DNA of 64,000 nt from Mobula birostris (taxonomy: Eukaryota). Below the pieces are notes generated by a model. It had not been told where the DNA came from and did no database searches. It saw only the letters and a list, made by a program, of their open reading frames with translations. The translations under genes and the position numbers were made by a program. The stretch lies in assembly GCF_030028105.1 (NCBI RefSeq), contig NC_092379.1, positions 22,359,309-22,423,308 of the forward strand, written 5' to 3'. Positions 23,576-38,322 of the stretch are shown here, one piece after another (the stretch's first letter is position 1; every line of letters starts with the position of its first letter).

Positions 23576-26500
23576 CACTTTGCTGCAAATCCCTCATATG
23601 AAAATGCTCTCTCCCTCTGCCTTTCAACGTAATCCCAGCCTCTGATTAGTGCCTCAGTTGTGACCAAATTTCCAGCAGAGCAGCTCTCCCTCTGCTCCTG
23701 TGTGGGAATACTCAGCCTGGACAACGTGTAGAAGCCTCTCGAGGGCGGCTTGAACACACAACATTTTGACAACGCAGCTGCAAATTTCAGTTACATGCTT
23801 CCAAAATGATTAAGATTCTTAGGAGCCACAGTGACTTGGCTGATTGCATTGAGAATAGGCTTGCCCATTGAGGACAGAAGTTAGTGATCGATAGGTCCTA
23901 ATCTGGAGAATAGTTTGTGTCCAGTGGTGCTCAGCAGAAGAATGTAATGGGAAAGTCTGCAGTTTGTGCTACATGTAACCTGAGTGAAAATGTGGATGGC
24001 TTGGCTAATGAGTGTGCAGAGGATACAAAGATTGTGGCAATGAATTCCCCAGATTCAATATCCATTTGGCGAAAGAAATTCATCCTCATATCTGTTTTAA
24101 TGGCATGCAGTTGTGACCTCTGGTCCTAGATACCACCACGACAGGAGATATCATCTCCATGTCCACTTTATCCTGGCCTTTCAATAATCAATAGGGTTCA
24201 AAGAGATTTTTAAACTACAGTGAGTAAAGGCTCAGAGACATCAAACATTCCTCATAAATTAACCGCTTCATTCCCAGAATTATTCATGTGAACTTCCTCT
24301 GGACCCTCCCCAATGCCAGCACATCCTTTCTTAGATAAATAGCCCAAAACTGTTCACAATACTCCATGTGGTCAGTAAGACCAATGCCTTTCAGAGCCTC
24401 AGCTTTATAACATTATTCTTATAATGGTGGCCCTATTATAGGAAGGATGTGTAGGCCTTGGCAAGGAAAGCACAGGAGCACTGTCAGGCCTGCTTTGATT
24501 CAGTGGACTGGACTGCATTCAGGGATTCACCTTTGAATTTGGATGATTCTGCTGCAGATGTTACTGACTTCATTAAACCTGTGTGGATGAGTGTGTGCCT
24601 GCAAGAACCTGCTGTACATTCCCAAACCAAAAGCCCTGGATGAACCAGGAGGTCCGTCATCTGCCGAAGGCTAGAGCTGTGGCATTTAAATTCGGTGACC
24701 TAGGTCTGTACAAAAAATCCAGATATGACTTGCGGAGGGCTATTTCTAGAGCGAAGAATCAATTTCAGTTGGAGGCAACATCCAGTGAGTGTCAACTCTG
24801 GCAGGTTTGCAGGATATTATTTCCTACAAAGCAAAACCCAACAGCATGAATCACAGCGATACTTCACTACCAGATGAATTCAATGCCTTCTATGCCCACT
24901 TTGAAAGGGAGAATATAACTGCAGCTGTGAACATCCCTGTTGCACCTGGTGACCCCGTGATCTCTGTCTCAGAGACCGATGTCAGGCTGTCTTGAACAAG
25001 GGTGAACCCTCGTAAGGCGGCAGACCCCAATGAAGTATCTGTTAAGGCTCTGAAAACTTGTGCCAAACAACTGGCGGGAGTATTCAAGGACAACTTCAAT
25101 CTCTCACTGCTATGGTTGGAAGTTCCCACCCGCTTCAAAAAGGAAACAATTATACCAGTGCCTAAGAAGAATAGTGTGAGCTGCTTTAATGACTATCGAT
25201 CAGTAGCACTCACATCCACATTAATGAAATGCTTGGAGAGTTTAGTCATGGCTAGAATCAATTCCCGCCTCAGCAAGGACTTGGAGTCACTGGAATTTGC
25301 CTATTGCCATATAAGGTCTGCAGCAGATGTGATCACAATGGCTCTTCACACAGACTGAGACCACCTGATCAATACAAACACCTATGTCAGGATGCTGTTC
25401 GTTGACTATAGCTCAGCATTCCAACAGTACTGATCGGTAAGCCACAGAACCTAGGCCTCTGTATCTCCCTCTGCAATTAGATCCTTGACTTTCCAACAGG
25501 AAGACCACAAACTGTTCAGATTGATGATAATATCTCCTCCTCGCTGATGATCAACACTGGTGCACCTTAGCTCATTGCTCTACTCACTCTACAACCATGA
25601 CTGTGAGGCGAGGTATAGCTCAAATACCATCTATAAATTTACTGATGATACAACCATTGTTGGTAAAATCTCAGATGAAGACAAGAGGGCCTACAGGAGC
25701 GAGGTATGCTAACTAGTAGAGTGGTGTTGCAGCAACAAACTTGCTCTCAAAGTCAGCGAGACAAAAGAGCTGATTGTGCACTTCAGGAAGGGTACGAAGA
25801 TGGAAAACATACCAATCCTCATCGGGGATTGAAAGTGGAAAGAGCAAGCAATTTCATGTTGCTGGGTTTCAAGATCTCTGAGGATCTAACCTGGTCCCAA
25901 CACATTGATGAAGCTACGTAAAAGGCAAGACAGTGACTATATTTCATTAAGAATTTGACGAGATTTGGCTTGTCAGCTAAAACACTGCAAAACTTCGATG
26001 GATGTACCATGGAGAGTATTCTGACAGACTGCATCACTGTTTGGTATGGGGGTGCAACTGCACAGGACTGAAAGAAGTTACAGAAAGTTGTAAAAGTAGT
26101 CACCTCCATCATGGTACTAGCCCCTGTAGTATCCAAGACATCTTCAAGGAGCAGTGCCTCAGGAAGATAGCTAGTTAGATAGATTGGTAGAAACGTTGAA
26201 ACATAGACAACCTATAGCACAATACGGGCCCTTTGGCACACAATGCTGTGCAGAACATGTCCTTACTTTAATTACCTTAGCTTACCCATAGCCCTCTATC
26301 TTTCTAAGCTCTGTCTACCTGTCCAGGAGTCTCCTAAAAGACCCTATTGCCTCCGACTCCACCACCGTAACCGGCAGCCCATTCCACGCGCTCATCACTC
26401 TCAGCATAAAAAACTTACCCCAACATGTCCTCTGTACCTAATTCCAAGTAGCTTAAATCTGTTCCCTCTTATGTTAGGCATTTCAGCTCTGGGAAAAAGC

Positions 26501-29500
26501 CTCTGACAATCCACACGATCAATGCCTATCATCATCTTATACACCTCTGTCAGGTCACCTCTCATCTTCCATCGCTCCAAGGAGAGAAGACCGAATTCAC
26601 TCAATCTATTCTCATAAGGAATGCTCCCCAACCCTGGCAACATCCTTGTAAATCTCCTCTGCACCCTTTCTATGGATTCCACATCTTTCCTGTAGTGAGG
26701 TGACCAGAACTGAGCACAGTACTCCATGTAGAGTCCAACCAGGATCCTATATAGCTGCAAAATGACCTCATGGTTCCTAAACTCAATCCCACAGTTGATG
26801 AAGGCCAATGCACCGTATGCCTCCTTAACCACAGAGTCAACCTGCATAGTAGCTTTCAGTGTCCTATGGACTCGGACCCGAAGATCCATCTGATTCCTAC
26901 ACCGCCAAGTCTTAAGATTAATACTATATTCTGCCATCATATTTGACCTATCAAAATGAAGCACCTTGTACTTATCTGCGTTGAACGCCATCTGCCACTT
27001 CTCAGCTACGTTTTGCATCCTATTGATGTCCCGCTGTAAACACTGACAGCCCTCCACACTATCCACAACACCCCCAACCTTTGCGTCATCAGCAAATTTA
27101 CTTACCCATCCCTCCACTTCTTTATCCAGGTCATTTATAAATATTGCAAAGAAAAAGGGTCCCAGAACGAATCCCTGAGGCACATCACTAGTCACCGACA
27201 TCCATGCAGACTATGAACCATCTACAACCACTCTTTGCCTTCTGCGGGCAAGCCAATTCTGAATCCACAAAGCAATGTCCCCTTGGATCCCATGCCTCCC
27301 TATTTTCCCAATAAACCTTGCACGGTGCATCTTATCAAATGCCTTGCTGAAATCCATATACACTACATCTACTGCTCTACCTTCATCAGTATGTTTAGTC
27401 ACATCCTCAAAAAATTCAATCAGGCTCGTAAGGCACTACCTGCCTTTGACAAAGCCATACTGACTATTCCTAATATCATGCCTCTCCAAATGTTCATCAA
27501 TCCTGCCTCTCAGGATCATTTTCCATCAACTTACCAACCATTGAAGTAAGACTCACTGGTCTATAATTTCCTGGGCTATCTCCACTCCCTTTCTTGAATA
27601 AGGGAACAACATTCACAACCTTCCAATCCTCTGGAACCTCTCCTGACTCAATTGATAATGCAAGGATCATCACCAGAGCCTCAGACATTACCTCCCATAG
27701 CGGCCTGGGGTACATCTTGTCCAGTCCAGATGACTTATCCAACTTGATGCTATCAAGAGCTCCAGCACATCCTCTTTCATAATATCTACATGCTCAAGCT
27801 TTTTAGTGGCTGTAAGTCATCCCTACAATCACCATAATCCTTTCCTGTAGTGAATACTAAAGCAAACTATTCATTAAGTACCTCTGCTATCTCCTCCGGT
27901 TCCATATGCACGTTTTCACTGTCGCACTTGATTGGTGCTATAATCTCACTTCTTATCCTCTTGCTCTTCACATGCTTGTAGAATGCCATGGGATTTTCCT
28001 TAATCCTGTCCACCAAGGCCTTCTCGTGGCCCCTTCTGGCTCTCCTAGTTTCATTATTAAGCTCCTTCCTGCTAGCCTTATAATCTTCTAGATCTCTATC
28101 ACTACCTAGTTCTTTGAACCTTTTGTAAGCTTTTCTTTTCTTCTAGACCAGATTTTCAACAGCCTTTGTACACCACAGTTCTTGTACCCTACTATCCCTT
28201 CCCTGTCTCATTGGAACATTCCTACGCAGAACTCCACTCAAATATCCCCTGAACATTTGCCACATTTCTGCCGTACACTTCTCTGACAATATCTGTTCCC
28301 CATTTATGATAGATAGATAGATAGATACTTTATTGACCCCAAAAGAAATTACATTGTCACAGTAGCTTAACAAGCGCACAGATATAAAAATATTAAAAGA
28401 GAAGTAGGAAAGAATAAAAATATAATTTACCTGAAACAGTCTAACAGGAGGGGGGGTCATCACTCCCCTGGCTATAGGTTGACTCATTATATTGTCTAAT
28501 GGCTGAGGCTAAAAATGACTTCATAGAGCACTCTTTGGAGCAGCTCTGTTGTCTTAGTCTATTACTGAAAGTGCTCCTCTGTTCAGTCAAGGTTACATGC
28601 AGAGGTTGAGAAACACTATCCAGAATTGCCAGGATTTTCCGTCGGGTCCTTCGTTCTACCATAACCTCCACTGTGTCCAGTTTGACTCCTATAATAGAGC
28701 CAGCCTTTATAATCAGATTACTGAGCCTGTTGTCAACACACTTGTTGATGCCATAGCCCCAGTACACCACCACATAGAAGATTGTACTGGTAACAACAAA
28801 CTGGTAGAACACATGCAGGAGGGACCTGCATACTCCAAAGGACCTTGGTCTCCTCTGGAAGTAGAGGTGACTCTGGCCCTTCTTCTACACAGCCTCTATG
28901 TCGGTGCTCCACTCGTCTGTCATCCAGGTGCACCCTCAGGTACTTGTAGATCCTCACAACATCCACGTCGGCACCATCATTGGTAAGAGGGAGCAGTGCA
29001 GGCTTAGTCCTCCTAAAGTCCATCACCATCTCTTTCGCTAACAGATGTTGAGCTGCAGATGATTCAGCTTGCACCATTTGACAAGGTCCTCCACCAAGGC
29101 CCTGTATTCATTCTCCCACAATCCCTTTATACACCCAACTATTGCTGAGTCAGACAATTTTGGCAGATGACATGATTCAGTGTTATATCTAATGTCCAAG
29201 GTAAACAGGGTAAACAAGAAGCCAATACAGTTCCCTGTGGGCCCCTAGTGCTGCTTATAACCATGTCTGACACACAGCTCTGAAGCTGCACGTACTGTGG
29301 TCTGCCACTCAGGTAGTCTATTATCCAGGATACAATGGAAATGGCAATCTGAATCGAATGAAACTTTTTACCCAGCAATGAGGGCTGTATGGTATGGAGG
29401 GCACTTGAGAAATCAAACAAACATGCCCTGCTTATCCAAATGGGAGAAGGCGCTGTTCAGCAGGTAGATGACAGCATTGTCAACTTCAGTGTGCTCTTGG

Positions 29501-29798
29501 TAGGCAAACTGCAGGGGATCAACGACTGATCTGACCAGGAGTCAGAGGTGAGCCAGGTCCGGCCTCTCTAGGATGTGTGAGGTCACGGCCACCTCCATTA
29601 TTAAGGACACCCATCACTCAAGATATGCCCTCTTCTCATTGTTACCGTCAGGAAGGAGGTACTGAAGCCTGAAGGCACATACTTACTGATTCAGGAACAG
29701 CTTCTTCCCCTCTGCCACACAATTCCTAAATGGACATTGAACCCATGCACACTACCTCACTTTTTGAAAGTAGATATTATTTTTGTATTTGCACAACT

Positions 29799-29939
29799 NN
29801 NNNNNNNNNNNNNNNNNNNNNNNNNNNNNNNNNNNNNNNNNNNNNNNNNNNNNNNNNNNNNNNNNNNNNNNNNNNNNNNNNNNNNNNNNNNNNNNNNNNN
29901 NNNNNNNNNNNNNNNNNNNNNNNNNNNNNNNNNNNNNNN
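29799..29939. other. Assembly gap (141 N)
   Basis: Run of n in the sequence. Confidence 1.
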
Positions 29940-30824
29940 AATTTATTTTAAATTGTTTCTTTTTATATATATTGTATGGAACTGCTGTTCCTAAGCTAAC
30001 AAATTTCACTACACATGCTGGTGATAATAAACCTGATTCTGATTTTTTGGAGAGGTTGCAGAAGAGGCTTATCAGGATGCTACCTGGATTAGAGGGCTCG
30101 GGCTATGAGGGGAAGTCAGACAAACTTGGCTTCTTTTCTCTGAAGTGGTAGATCCTGAAAGGAGATTTGACAGACCTTTATAAGGTTGTCAGAGGTATAT
30201 AGTGTAGAGAGCCAGTGTCTGCAGTCTGTAGCAGGGGTGAAATAGCTAAAGCTAGATGGCATGCATTTCAGGTAGGAGGGGATTTAATTCAAAGGAGATG
30301 GGCAGGGCAGGCTTTGTGCACACACAGTGGTGGCCAGAATGTGTTGCCAAGGATGGCAGTGGTTGCAAATACAGAGATATTTCAGAGACCTTTATATGGG
30401 AACATGTTGAAGTTCATGCGGAAGGTGAAGGCTGTAGAGATGGGGAGAGGCGTGGTCACAGTACAAATGAAATGTTGTGATGCAAAGGGTCTGCAATCAT
30501 AATTGCATTGTATTGTTTCTGTCCTATGTAATTTGCATGCTTCCCTCTCACTGTGCTAAGTTTGGTTTTGCAGTATCACACCATCACAAGAATTCTGCAG
30601 TCCCAGCGGTGAGCCTCTTTGTCCCAGTTATGGGAAAGGGACTGGAAAACCAGTAGAAAGGTTCCTCATTCTGATTTTACTTTGCAATAAATTCTGACTC
30701 ACTGCTCAAATCTGGGTGCTTTTGTGTTTCTATCTCTAATGATAACTGCTGTTCAGTCCTGACCAAATGTAATCAACAGAAAAGTCTCCACTAACGTTCT
30801 GAAGTTTCCATTTCTATTCCACAG

Positions 30825-31127
30825 AATTGTCTGTCTTTATTCAAAATCCCGACATTGAAGAGATATGGATCAGCAAGACAGCTACTGTGAAGTGCATGGT
30901 TCTCTGTACTGATCCAGGGGAAATTAACATCAGTTGGTTGGTGAATGGGACGAAGTCAAAAAACCCTGTTTTCTCCGAACAACCAGAAAGTAAAGGAATC
31001 ATAAAAATAGTGATCAGTACGATGAATTCCACTGCAGAGGAGTGGCTCAGCGGGGTGGAGTACAAGTGCGTCATTCAGGATTTGTCCACGTCCACTCAAA
31101 TGTCAGCAAAGACAAAAAGTACCAAAG
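30825..31127 (+). CDS. IgW: IgW CH3-like constant exon, copy 3
   Basis: Open, ~3 nt differences from copy 2, intact splice sites. Confidence 0.9.
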
Positions 31128-31217
31128 GTAGGCAAGATGACCAGCAATTAAAAGGTCAACATTAGATAAAATGAGCAAAAATATTTTATAGTACTATTGT
31201 CTGCTTGTCTCTTCCAG

Positions 31218-31535
31218 GAACAACAAAAAGACCTAATATCAGATTGCTGCCTCCACCAGAGGAAGAAATCAAGTCCAACAGTACTGCCGTTCTTGAGTGT
31301 GTGGTCTCGGGATTCTACCCAGACCATATAACTGTCACCTGGGAGAAGGACAGCTCTGTGATCAGCTCCAGCACCAGTCCTACGCCAACCGCTCTGGAGC
31401 AAGGGGGCACTTTCAGTGTCAGACACTTCCTGACCGTGAGTGTACAGGAGTGGGAGACCGAATCAGTCTTCAGCTGTACAGTGACTCATCCCCCCTCCAA
31501 CACTCGTATCAAGAAGCAAGTGAAGAACGTTCAGG
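31218..31535 (+). CDS. IgW: IgW CH4-like constant exon, copy 3 (read-through tail to 31600)
   Basis: Protein identical to copy 1 within the exon (4 synonymous differences); tail GAPSDPTKGKCRNCWGSSRDI*. Confidence 0.9.
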
Positions 31536-34500
31536 GTGCTCCCTCGGACCCTACGAAAGGCAAGTGCAGAAATTGCTGGGGCTCTAGCAGAGATATTTAA
31601 AGCATCCTAAGCAACAGGACAGGCACCAGAGCATTGAAGGATAGCCAATCCTGGTCCACTGTTTAAGAAGGGTGGGAGGTAGCAGAAAGGAAACTATAGA
31701 CCTGTTAGCCTGACATTAGAGTTGGAAAGTTGTTGGATGTCATTACAGAGTACCTGCAGGCACGTGACAGAATAGGCCAAAGCCAGCATGGTTTCCCAAA
31801 TTTAAAATCCTGCCTGTCTAACCTACTGTAATTTTTTGAGGAAATTATAAGCAGGGTAGACAAATGAGATGCAGTAGACGTGATATGCTAGGATTTTCAG
31901 AAGGCCTTTGACAAGGTGCCACACATGAGGCTGTTTAGCATGATAAAACCTAATGGAATTACAGGGGAATTACTAGAATGGGTGGAACATTGGCTGATCG
32001 GCAGAAAACAGTGAGTGGGAATAAAGGGATCGTATTCTGGCTGGCTGACGGTTACTAGTGGAGCTCCAAAGGGGTCGGTGTTGGGACTGCTGCTTTTTAC
32101 AATGTTTGTCAATGACTTGGACTATGGGTTTAATGGATTTGTGGCTAAATATGCCGATGATACAAGATAGTGGAGGACTGGGTAGTGTTGAGGAAACAGA
32201 GAGCCTGCAGAGAGACTTAGATAGTTTAGGTTTAGTGGAATGGGCAAAGAAGTGGCCAATGAAATACAATGTTGGAAATTGTATGGTCATGCACTTTGGT
32301 GGAAGAAATAAACGGGCAGGCTATTATTTAGACGGGGAGAGAATACAAAATGCAGAGATGTAAAGGGACTTGGCAGTCCTTGTGCAGGATACCCGAAAGG
32401 TTAACCTCCAGGGTGAGTCGGTGGTGAAGAAGGCAAATGCAATGTTGGCATTCATTTCTAGAGGTATAGAATATAAGAGCAGGAATGTGATGTTGAGGCT
32501 CTATAAGGCACTCATGAGACCATACTTAGAGTATTGTGTGCCGTATTGGGCTCCTTATCTTAGAAAGTATATACTGACATTGGGGAGGGTTCAGAGAAGA
32601 TTCATGAGAATGATTCCAGGAATGAAAGGCTTACCGTATGAGGAATGTCCGGCAGTTCTTGGGCTGTATTCCCTGGCGTTCAGGAGAATGAGAGGCGATC
32701 TCATAGAAACATTCTGAATGTTAAAAGGCCTGAACAGATTAGATATGGCAAAATCATTTCCCATGGTAGGGGAGTCTAGGACAAGAGGGCATGATTTCAG
32801 GATTAAAGGATGTCTATTTAGAACAGAGATGCGGAGAAATTACTTTAGTCAGAGGGTGGTAAATCTGTGGAATATGTTCCCACGAGTGGCTGTGGAGGCC
32901 AAGTCATTGGGTGCATTTAAGGCAGAGATAAATAAGTTCTTGATTAGCCAGGGCATCAAAGGGCATGGAGAGAATGCAGGGGAGTGGGGATGACTGGATC
33001 AACCCATAATGGAATGACGGAGCAGACTTAATGGGCCGAATAGCCTACTTCTGCTCTTGTATCTTATGGTTTTATGGTCATATAAACAGAAACCAGGAAA
33101 TTATAAGCCGGTGAGTCTGACATAAGTTGCGGGAAAATTATGGGAAGGTATCCTATGGGACCAGATACATGAGTATTTGGATTAATATGGACTGATTAAG
33201 GATAGTCAGCATGGTTTTGTGTGTGTAGGGCACATCTAACCAATCTTAAGGAGGTTATTGAGGGAGTTACTAGGAACGTCAATGAAGGCAAGACAGTGGA
33301 TGTTGTCTACATGCACTTTAGTAAGGCACTTGACAAAGTACCGCATGAGAGGCTGGTCGAGAAGGTTCGTTCGCTTGGCATTCAAGATGAGGCAATAAAT
33401 TGGATTTGTGGAAGAAGCCAGAGTGTGGTGGTATATGGTTGCCTCTGGAGACCTGTGACTAGCAGAGTACCACAGGGAATGGTGCTGGGTCCATTGTTTG
33501 TTAACTCTGTCAATGATCTGGATGATAATGTGGTTAATTGGATCAGCAAATTTCTGTTGACACCAAGATTGGAGGTGTAGTGGACAACAAGGAAGGCTAG
33601 CATGGCTTGCAGAGGGATCTGCATCAGCTGGAAAAATTGAATGAAAATTAGGAAATGGAATTTAACGCAGACAAGTGTAAGGTTTTGCACTTCAGTAGGA
33701 CCATCCAGGGTAGGTTTCACACATTGAATGTTAGGGCACTGAGGAGTGTGGTAGAACAAAGGGGTTGGGAGTACAGATACATAATTCATTGAAAGTGGTG
33801 TCACAGGTAGATAGGATCATGAAAGCTGCTAGCACATTGGACTTCATAAATCAATGTATTGAGTACACGAGATAGGATGTTGTGCTCCGTACCTGCTAAT
33901 ATGATGAACTGCTTTGGGCAACCTCCGGGCTGCTCCTGGGTTCATACCTGCAGACTCAGTTTAGGTTTGGAATGTTGTTGTTTGCTTCAATTGCTTACAT
34001 GTTTTGCGTTTTTTTTCTTTCTTTTGTACACCAGATGTGGTCTTTTTTTTAAATGAGCTATTTAGAGTTTCTTGCTTTGTGGCTACCTGTGAGAAAGCTA
34101 ATCTCAAGATTGTACAATAATGAATTCTTTGACAATAAATGTACTTGATTATTAAACCTGAACTTGAATGTTTTGTTGAAGTTGTCTTAGACATTAGTGA
34201 GACCTAATTTGGACTATTGTGTGCAGTTTTGGACACCTACTTACAGGAAAGATGTAAATAAGGTTGAAATAGTGCGAAGAAAATTTACAAGTATGTTCCT
34301 GAGTCTGGAGGACCTGAGGTATAGCAATTACAGAATGGAACCAGGCCATCTCGGCCCTTCTAGTCCGTATAGAGAAAGACTGAATAGGTTAGGACTATAT
34401 TCTTTGGAATGTAGAAGATTGAGAGGAGATTTGATAGAGGTGTACTAAATTAGAAGGGGTATAGATAGGGTCAGCTGGCTAGTGGCGTAGTGGCATCAGC

Positions 34501-34687
34501 GCCGGACTAAGGAGGGCTGAGTTCAAATCCAGCCGACTCCCTTGCACGCTTTCCATCCGCGCTGGGTTGAGCGCCAAGCTAGCAACCCAGCCTCGTAATA
34601 ATAAGAAAGCCTGCAAATAAAAGGCCATCATGATGGCCTCCCGATGGCTCCATTCAGAGTTAAGGGCTTTCTTCTTCTTCTTCATAG
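31536..34687 (+). mobile_element. CR1-like LINE block plus SINE of unit III
   Basis: Paralogous to 20063-23237; ends in the SINE 3' TSD at the inversion breakpoint. Confidence 0.8.
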
Positions 34688-37600
34688 TGTTATGGTGGTG
34701 GAGGTGGATACGATAGGGTCTTTTAAGAGACTCCTGGATAGGTACACAAAGCTTAGAAAAATAGAGGGCTATGGGTAAACATAGGTAATTTCCTAAGTAA
34801 GGACATGTTCCGCACAGCATTGTGGGCCGAAGGGCCTGTAATTTACTGTAGGTTGTCTATGTTTCTATGTTTCTATCTATCTAACTAACTATCTATCTTC
34901 CTGAGGCACTGCTCCTTGAAGATGTCTTGGATACTACAGAGGCTAGTATCATGAAGGAGCTAACTACTTTTACAACTTTCTGTAGCTTCTTTCGGTCCTG
35001 TGCAGTAGCACCCCCATACCAAACAGTGATGCAGCCTGTCAGAATACTCTCCATAGTACATCTATAAAAGTTTTTGAGTGTTTTAACTGACATGCCAAAT
35101 CTCTGCAAATTCTTAATGAAATATAGTCACTGTCTTGCCTTTTTCAAAGCTGCATCGATATGTTGGGACCAGGTTAGATCCTCAGAGATCTTGACAGCCA
35201 GAAACTTGAAATTGCTCACTCTTTCCACTTTCAATCCCTCTATGAGGATTGGTATGTGTTCCTTCTTCTTACACCTCCAGAAGTCCACAATCAGCTCTTT
35301 TTCTTGCTGACTTTGAGAGCAAGTTTGTTGCTGCAATAGCACTCCACTAGTTGGTATATCTCGCTCCTGTTGGCCCTTTTGTCTCCATCTGAGGTTCTAC
35401 CAACAATGGTTGTATCATCAGCAAATTTATAGATCGCATTTGATACCTAGCCTCACAGTCATGGTTGTAGATGGAGTAGAGCATTGGGCTAAGGTGCACC
35501 AGTATTGATCATCAGCGAGGAGGAGATATTATCATCAATCTGAACAGATTGTGGTCTTCCTGTTGGGAAGTCAAGAACCTAATTGCAGAGGGAGATACAG
35601 AGGCCCAGGTTCTGTGGCTTATCGATCAGTACTGTGGGAATGCTGAGCTATAGTTAATGAACAGCATCCTCACATAGGTGTTTGTATTGATCAGGTGGTC
35701 TAAGTCTGTGTGAAAAGCCATTGAGATCACATCTGCTGCAGACCTTATGTGGCAATAGGGAAATTCTAGTGTCTCCAAATCCTTGCTGAGGCAGGAATTC
35801 ATTCCAGCCATGTCCAAACTCTCCAAGCATTTCATTACTGTAGATGTGAGTGCTACTGGTCGATAGTCGTTAGGGAAGCTCACACTATTCTTCTTAGGCA
35901 CTGGTATAATTCTTTCCTTTTTGAAGCGGGTGGGAACTTCTGACCATAACAGTGAGAGATTGAAATTGTCCTTGAATACTCCCATCAGTTGGTTGGCAGA
36001 TAAGTCTTCAGAGCCTTACCAGATACTCCATAGTCATACTTTATTGATCCCGGGAGAAATTCGTTTTCATTACAGTTGCACCATAAATAATTAAATAGTA
36101 ATAAAACCATAAACAGTTAAATAGTAATATGTAAATTATGCCAGGAAGTAAGTCCAGGTCCAGCCTATTGGCTCAGGGTGTCTGACCCTCCAAGGGAGGA
36201 GTTGTAAAGTTTGATGGCCACAGGCAGGAATGACCTCCTATGACACTCTGTGTTGCATCTCGGTGGAATGAGTCTCTGGCTGAATGTACTCCTGTGCCCA
36301 ACCAGTACAATAGGTAGTGGATGGGAGACATTGCCCAAGATGGCATGCAACTTGGACAACATCCTCTTTTCAGACACCACCGTGAGAGAGTCCAGTTCCA
36401 TCCCCACAACATCACTGGCCTTATGAATGAGTTTGTTTATTCTGTTGGTGTCTGCTACCCTCAGCCTGCTGCCCCAGCACACAACAGCAAACATGATCGC
36501 ACTGGCCAGCACGAACTCATGGAACATCCTCAGCATCATCCGGCATCTGCCACCTTATGAGGGTTCACCCTTGTTCAGGACAGCCTAACATCGGCCTCTG
36601 AGGCAGAGATCACAGGGTCACCAGGTGCAACAGGGATGTTCACAGCTACAGGTATATTCTCCCTTTCAAAGTGGGCATAGAAGGCATTGAATTCATCTGG
36701 TAGTGAAGCATCGCTGCGATTCATGCTATTGGGTTTTGCTTTGTAGGAAGTAATATCCTGCAAACCTGCCAGAGTTGACACTCATTGGATGTCGCCTCCA
36801 AATGGACTTGTTCCCTCGCTCTAGAAATAGCCCTCTGCAAGTCATATCTGGATTTTTTGTACAGACCTAGGTCACCAGACTTAAATGCCACAGATCTAGC
36901 CTTTAGCAGATGATGGACCTCCTGGTTCATCTAGGGCTTTTGGTTTGGAAATGTACAGCAGGTTTTTGCAGGCACACACTCATCCACACAGGTTTAATGA
37001 AGTCAGTAACATCTGCAGCATGCTCATCCAAAATCAAAGTTGAATCCCTGAATGCAGTCTAGTCCACCGAATCAAAGCAGGCCTGAAAGTGCTCCTGTGC
37101 TTTCCTTGCCAAGGCCTACACATCCTTCCTATAATAGGGCCACCATTATAAGAATAATGTTATAAAGTTGAGGCTCTGAAAGGCATTGGTCTTACTGACC
37201 ACATTGAGCATTGTGAACAGTTTTGGGCTATTTATCTAAGAAAGGATGTGCTGGCATTGGGGAGGGTCCGGAGGAAGTTTACATGAATAATTCTGGGAAT
37301 GAAGCGGTTAATTTATGAGGAATGTTTGATGCCTCTGAGCCTTTACTTGCTGTAGTTTAAAAATCTCTTTGAACCCTATTGATTATTGAAAGGCCAAGAT
37401 AAAGTGGACATGGAAATGATATGTCCTGTCGTGGTGGTATTTAGGACCAGAGGTCACAACTGCATGCCATTAAAACATTATATGAGGAGGAATTTCTTTA
37501 GCTAAGCGGATATTGAATCTGGGGAATTCATTGCCACAATCTTTGTATCCTCTGCACACTCATTAACCAAGCCATCCACATTTTCTTTCAGGTTACATGT

Positions 37601-38322
37601 AGCACAAACTGCAGACTTTCCCATTACATTCTTCTGCTGAGCACCACTGGTCACACACTTTTCTCCAGATTAGGACCTATCGATCACTACCTTCTGTCCT
37701 CAATGGGCAAGCCTATTCTGAATGCAGTCAGCCAAGTCACTGTGGCTCCTAAGAATCTTAATCATTTTGGAAGCATGTAACTGAAATTTCCAGCTGCATT
37801 GTCAGAATGTTGTGTGTTCAGGCCGCCCTCCAGAGGCTTCTACACATTATCCAGGCTGACTATTCCCACACAGGAGCAGAGGGAGAGCTGCTCTGCTGGA
37901 AATTCAGTCACAACTGAGACACTGATCGGAGGCTGGGATTGCGTTGAAAGGCAGAGGGAGAGAGCATTTTCATATGAGGGATTTGCAGCAAATTGAGAGA
38001 GTCATAGAGAAGTACAGCATAGAAACAGGCCCTTCGGCCCATCTAGTCCATGCCAAAATTATTTAATCTGCCTATTTCCATTGACCTGCACCAGGACCTT
38101 AGCCCTCCATATCCCTACTATCCAAGTACCTATCCAAACTTCTTGTTGAAATCAAGCTCACATGCACCACTTGCACTGGCAGCTTGTTCCACACTCTCAT
38201 GACCTTCTGAGTGAAGAAGTTTCCCCTCATGTTCCTGTTAAACATTTCACCTTTCACCCTCAACCCATGACCTCTGGTTGTAGTCTCACCCAACCTCAGT
38301 GGAAAGAGCATGCTTGAATTTA
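34688..38322 (-). repeat. Inverted copy of the unit segment equivalent to ~11749-14860 / ~23246-26370
   Basis: Reverse complement matches at both ends (GACCCTAT..CTCCACCACC and TAAATTCAAGCATGCTCTTTCC); antisense ORFs 37799-37996 and 35127-35342 mirror 12080-12277 and 14224-14439. Confidence 0.9.
36031..36545 (-). mobile_element. 5'-truncated Rex1/Babar-like LINE, unique to the inverted segment
   Basis: ORF 36165-36539 ending RRSFLPVAIKLYNSS; interrupts sequence that is continuous in units I and II. Confidence 0.75.

Larger units (their letters stand above)
19352..30824 (+). repeat. Tandem duplication unit II (11,473 bp; unit I = 3369-19351 incl. Gypsy; partial unit III = 30825-34687)
   Basis: Same order of exons, LINEs, SINE and junctions recurs; unit I minus the 4582-bp Gypsy+TSD is 11,401 bp. 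Confidence 0.92.

Noticed and set aside
3369-34687. Triplication as a pure assembly artefact
   Set aside because: Units carry distinct indels and insertions and several percent divergence, more than expected from read error; not fully excluded because of the N gap.
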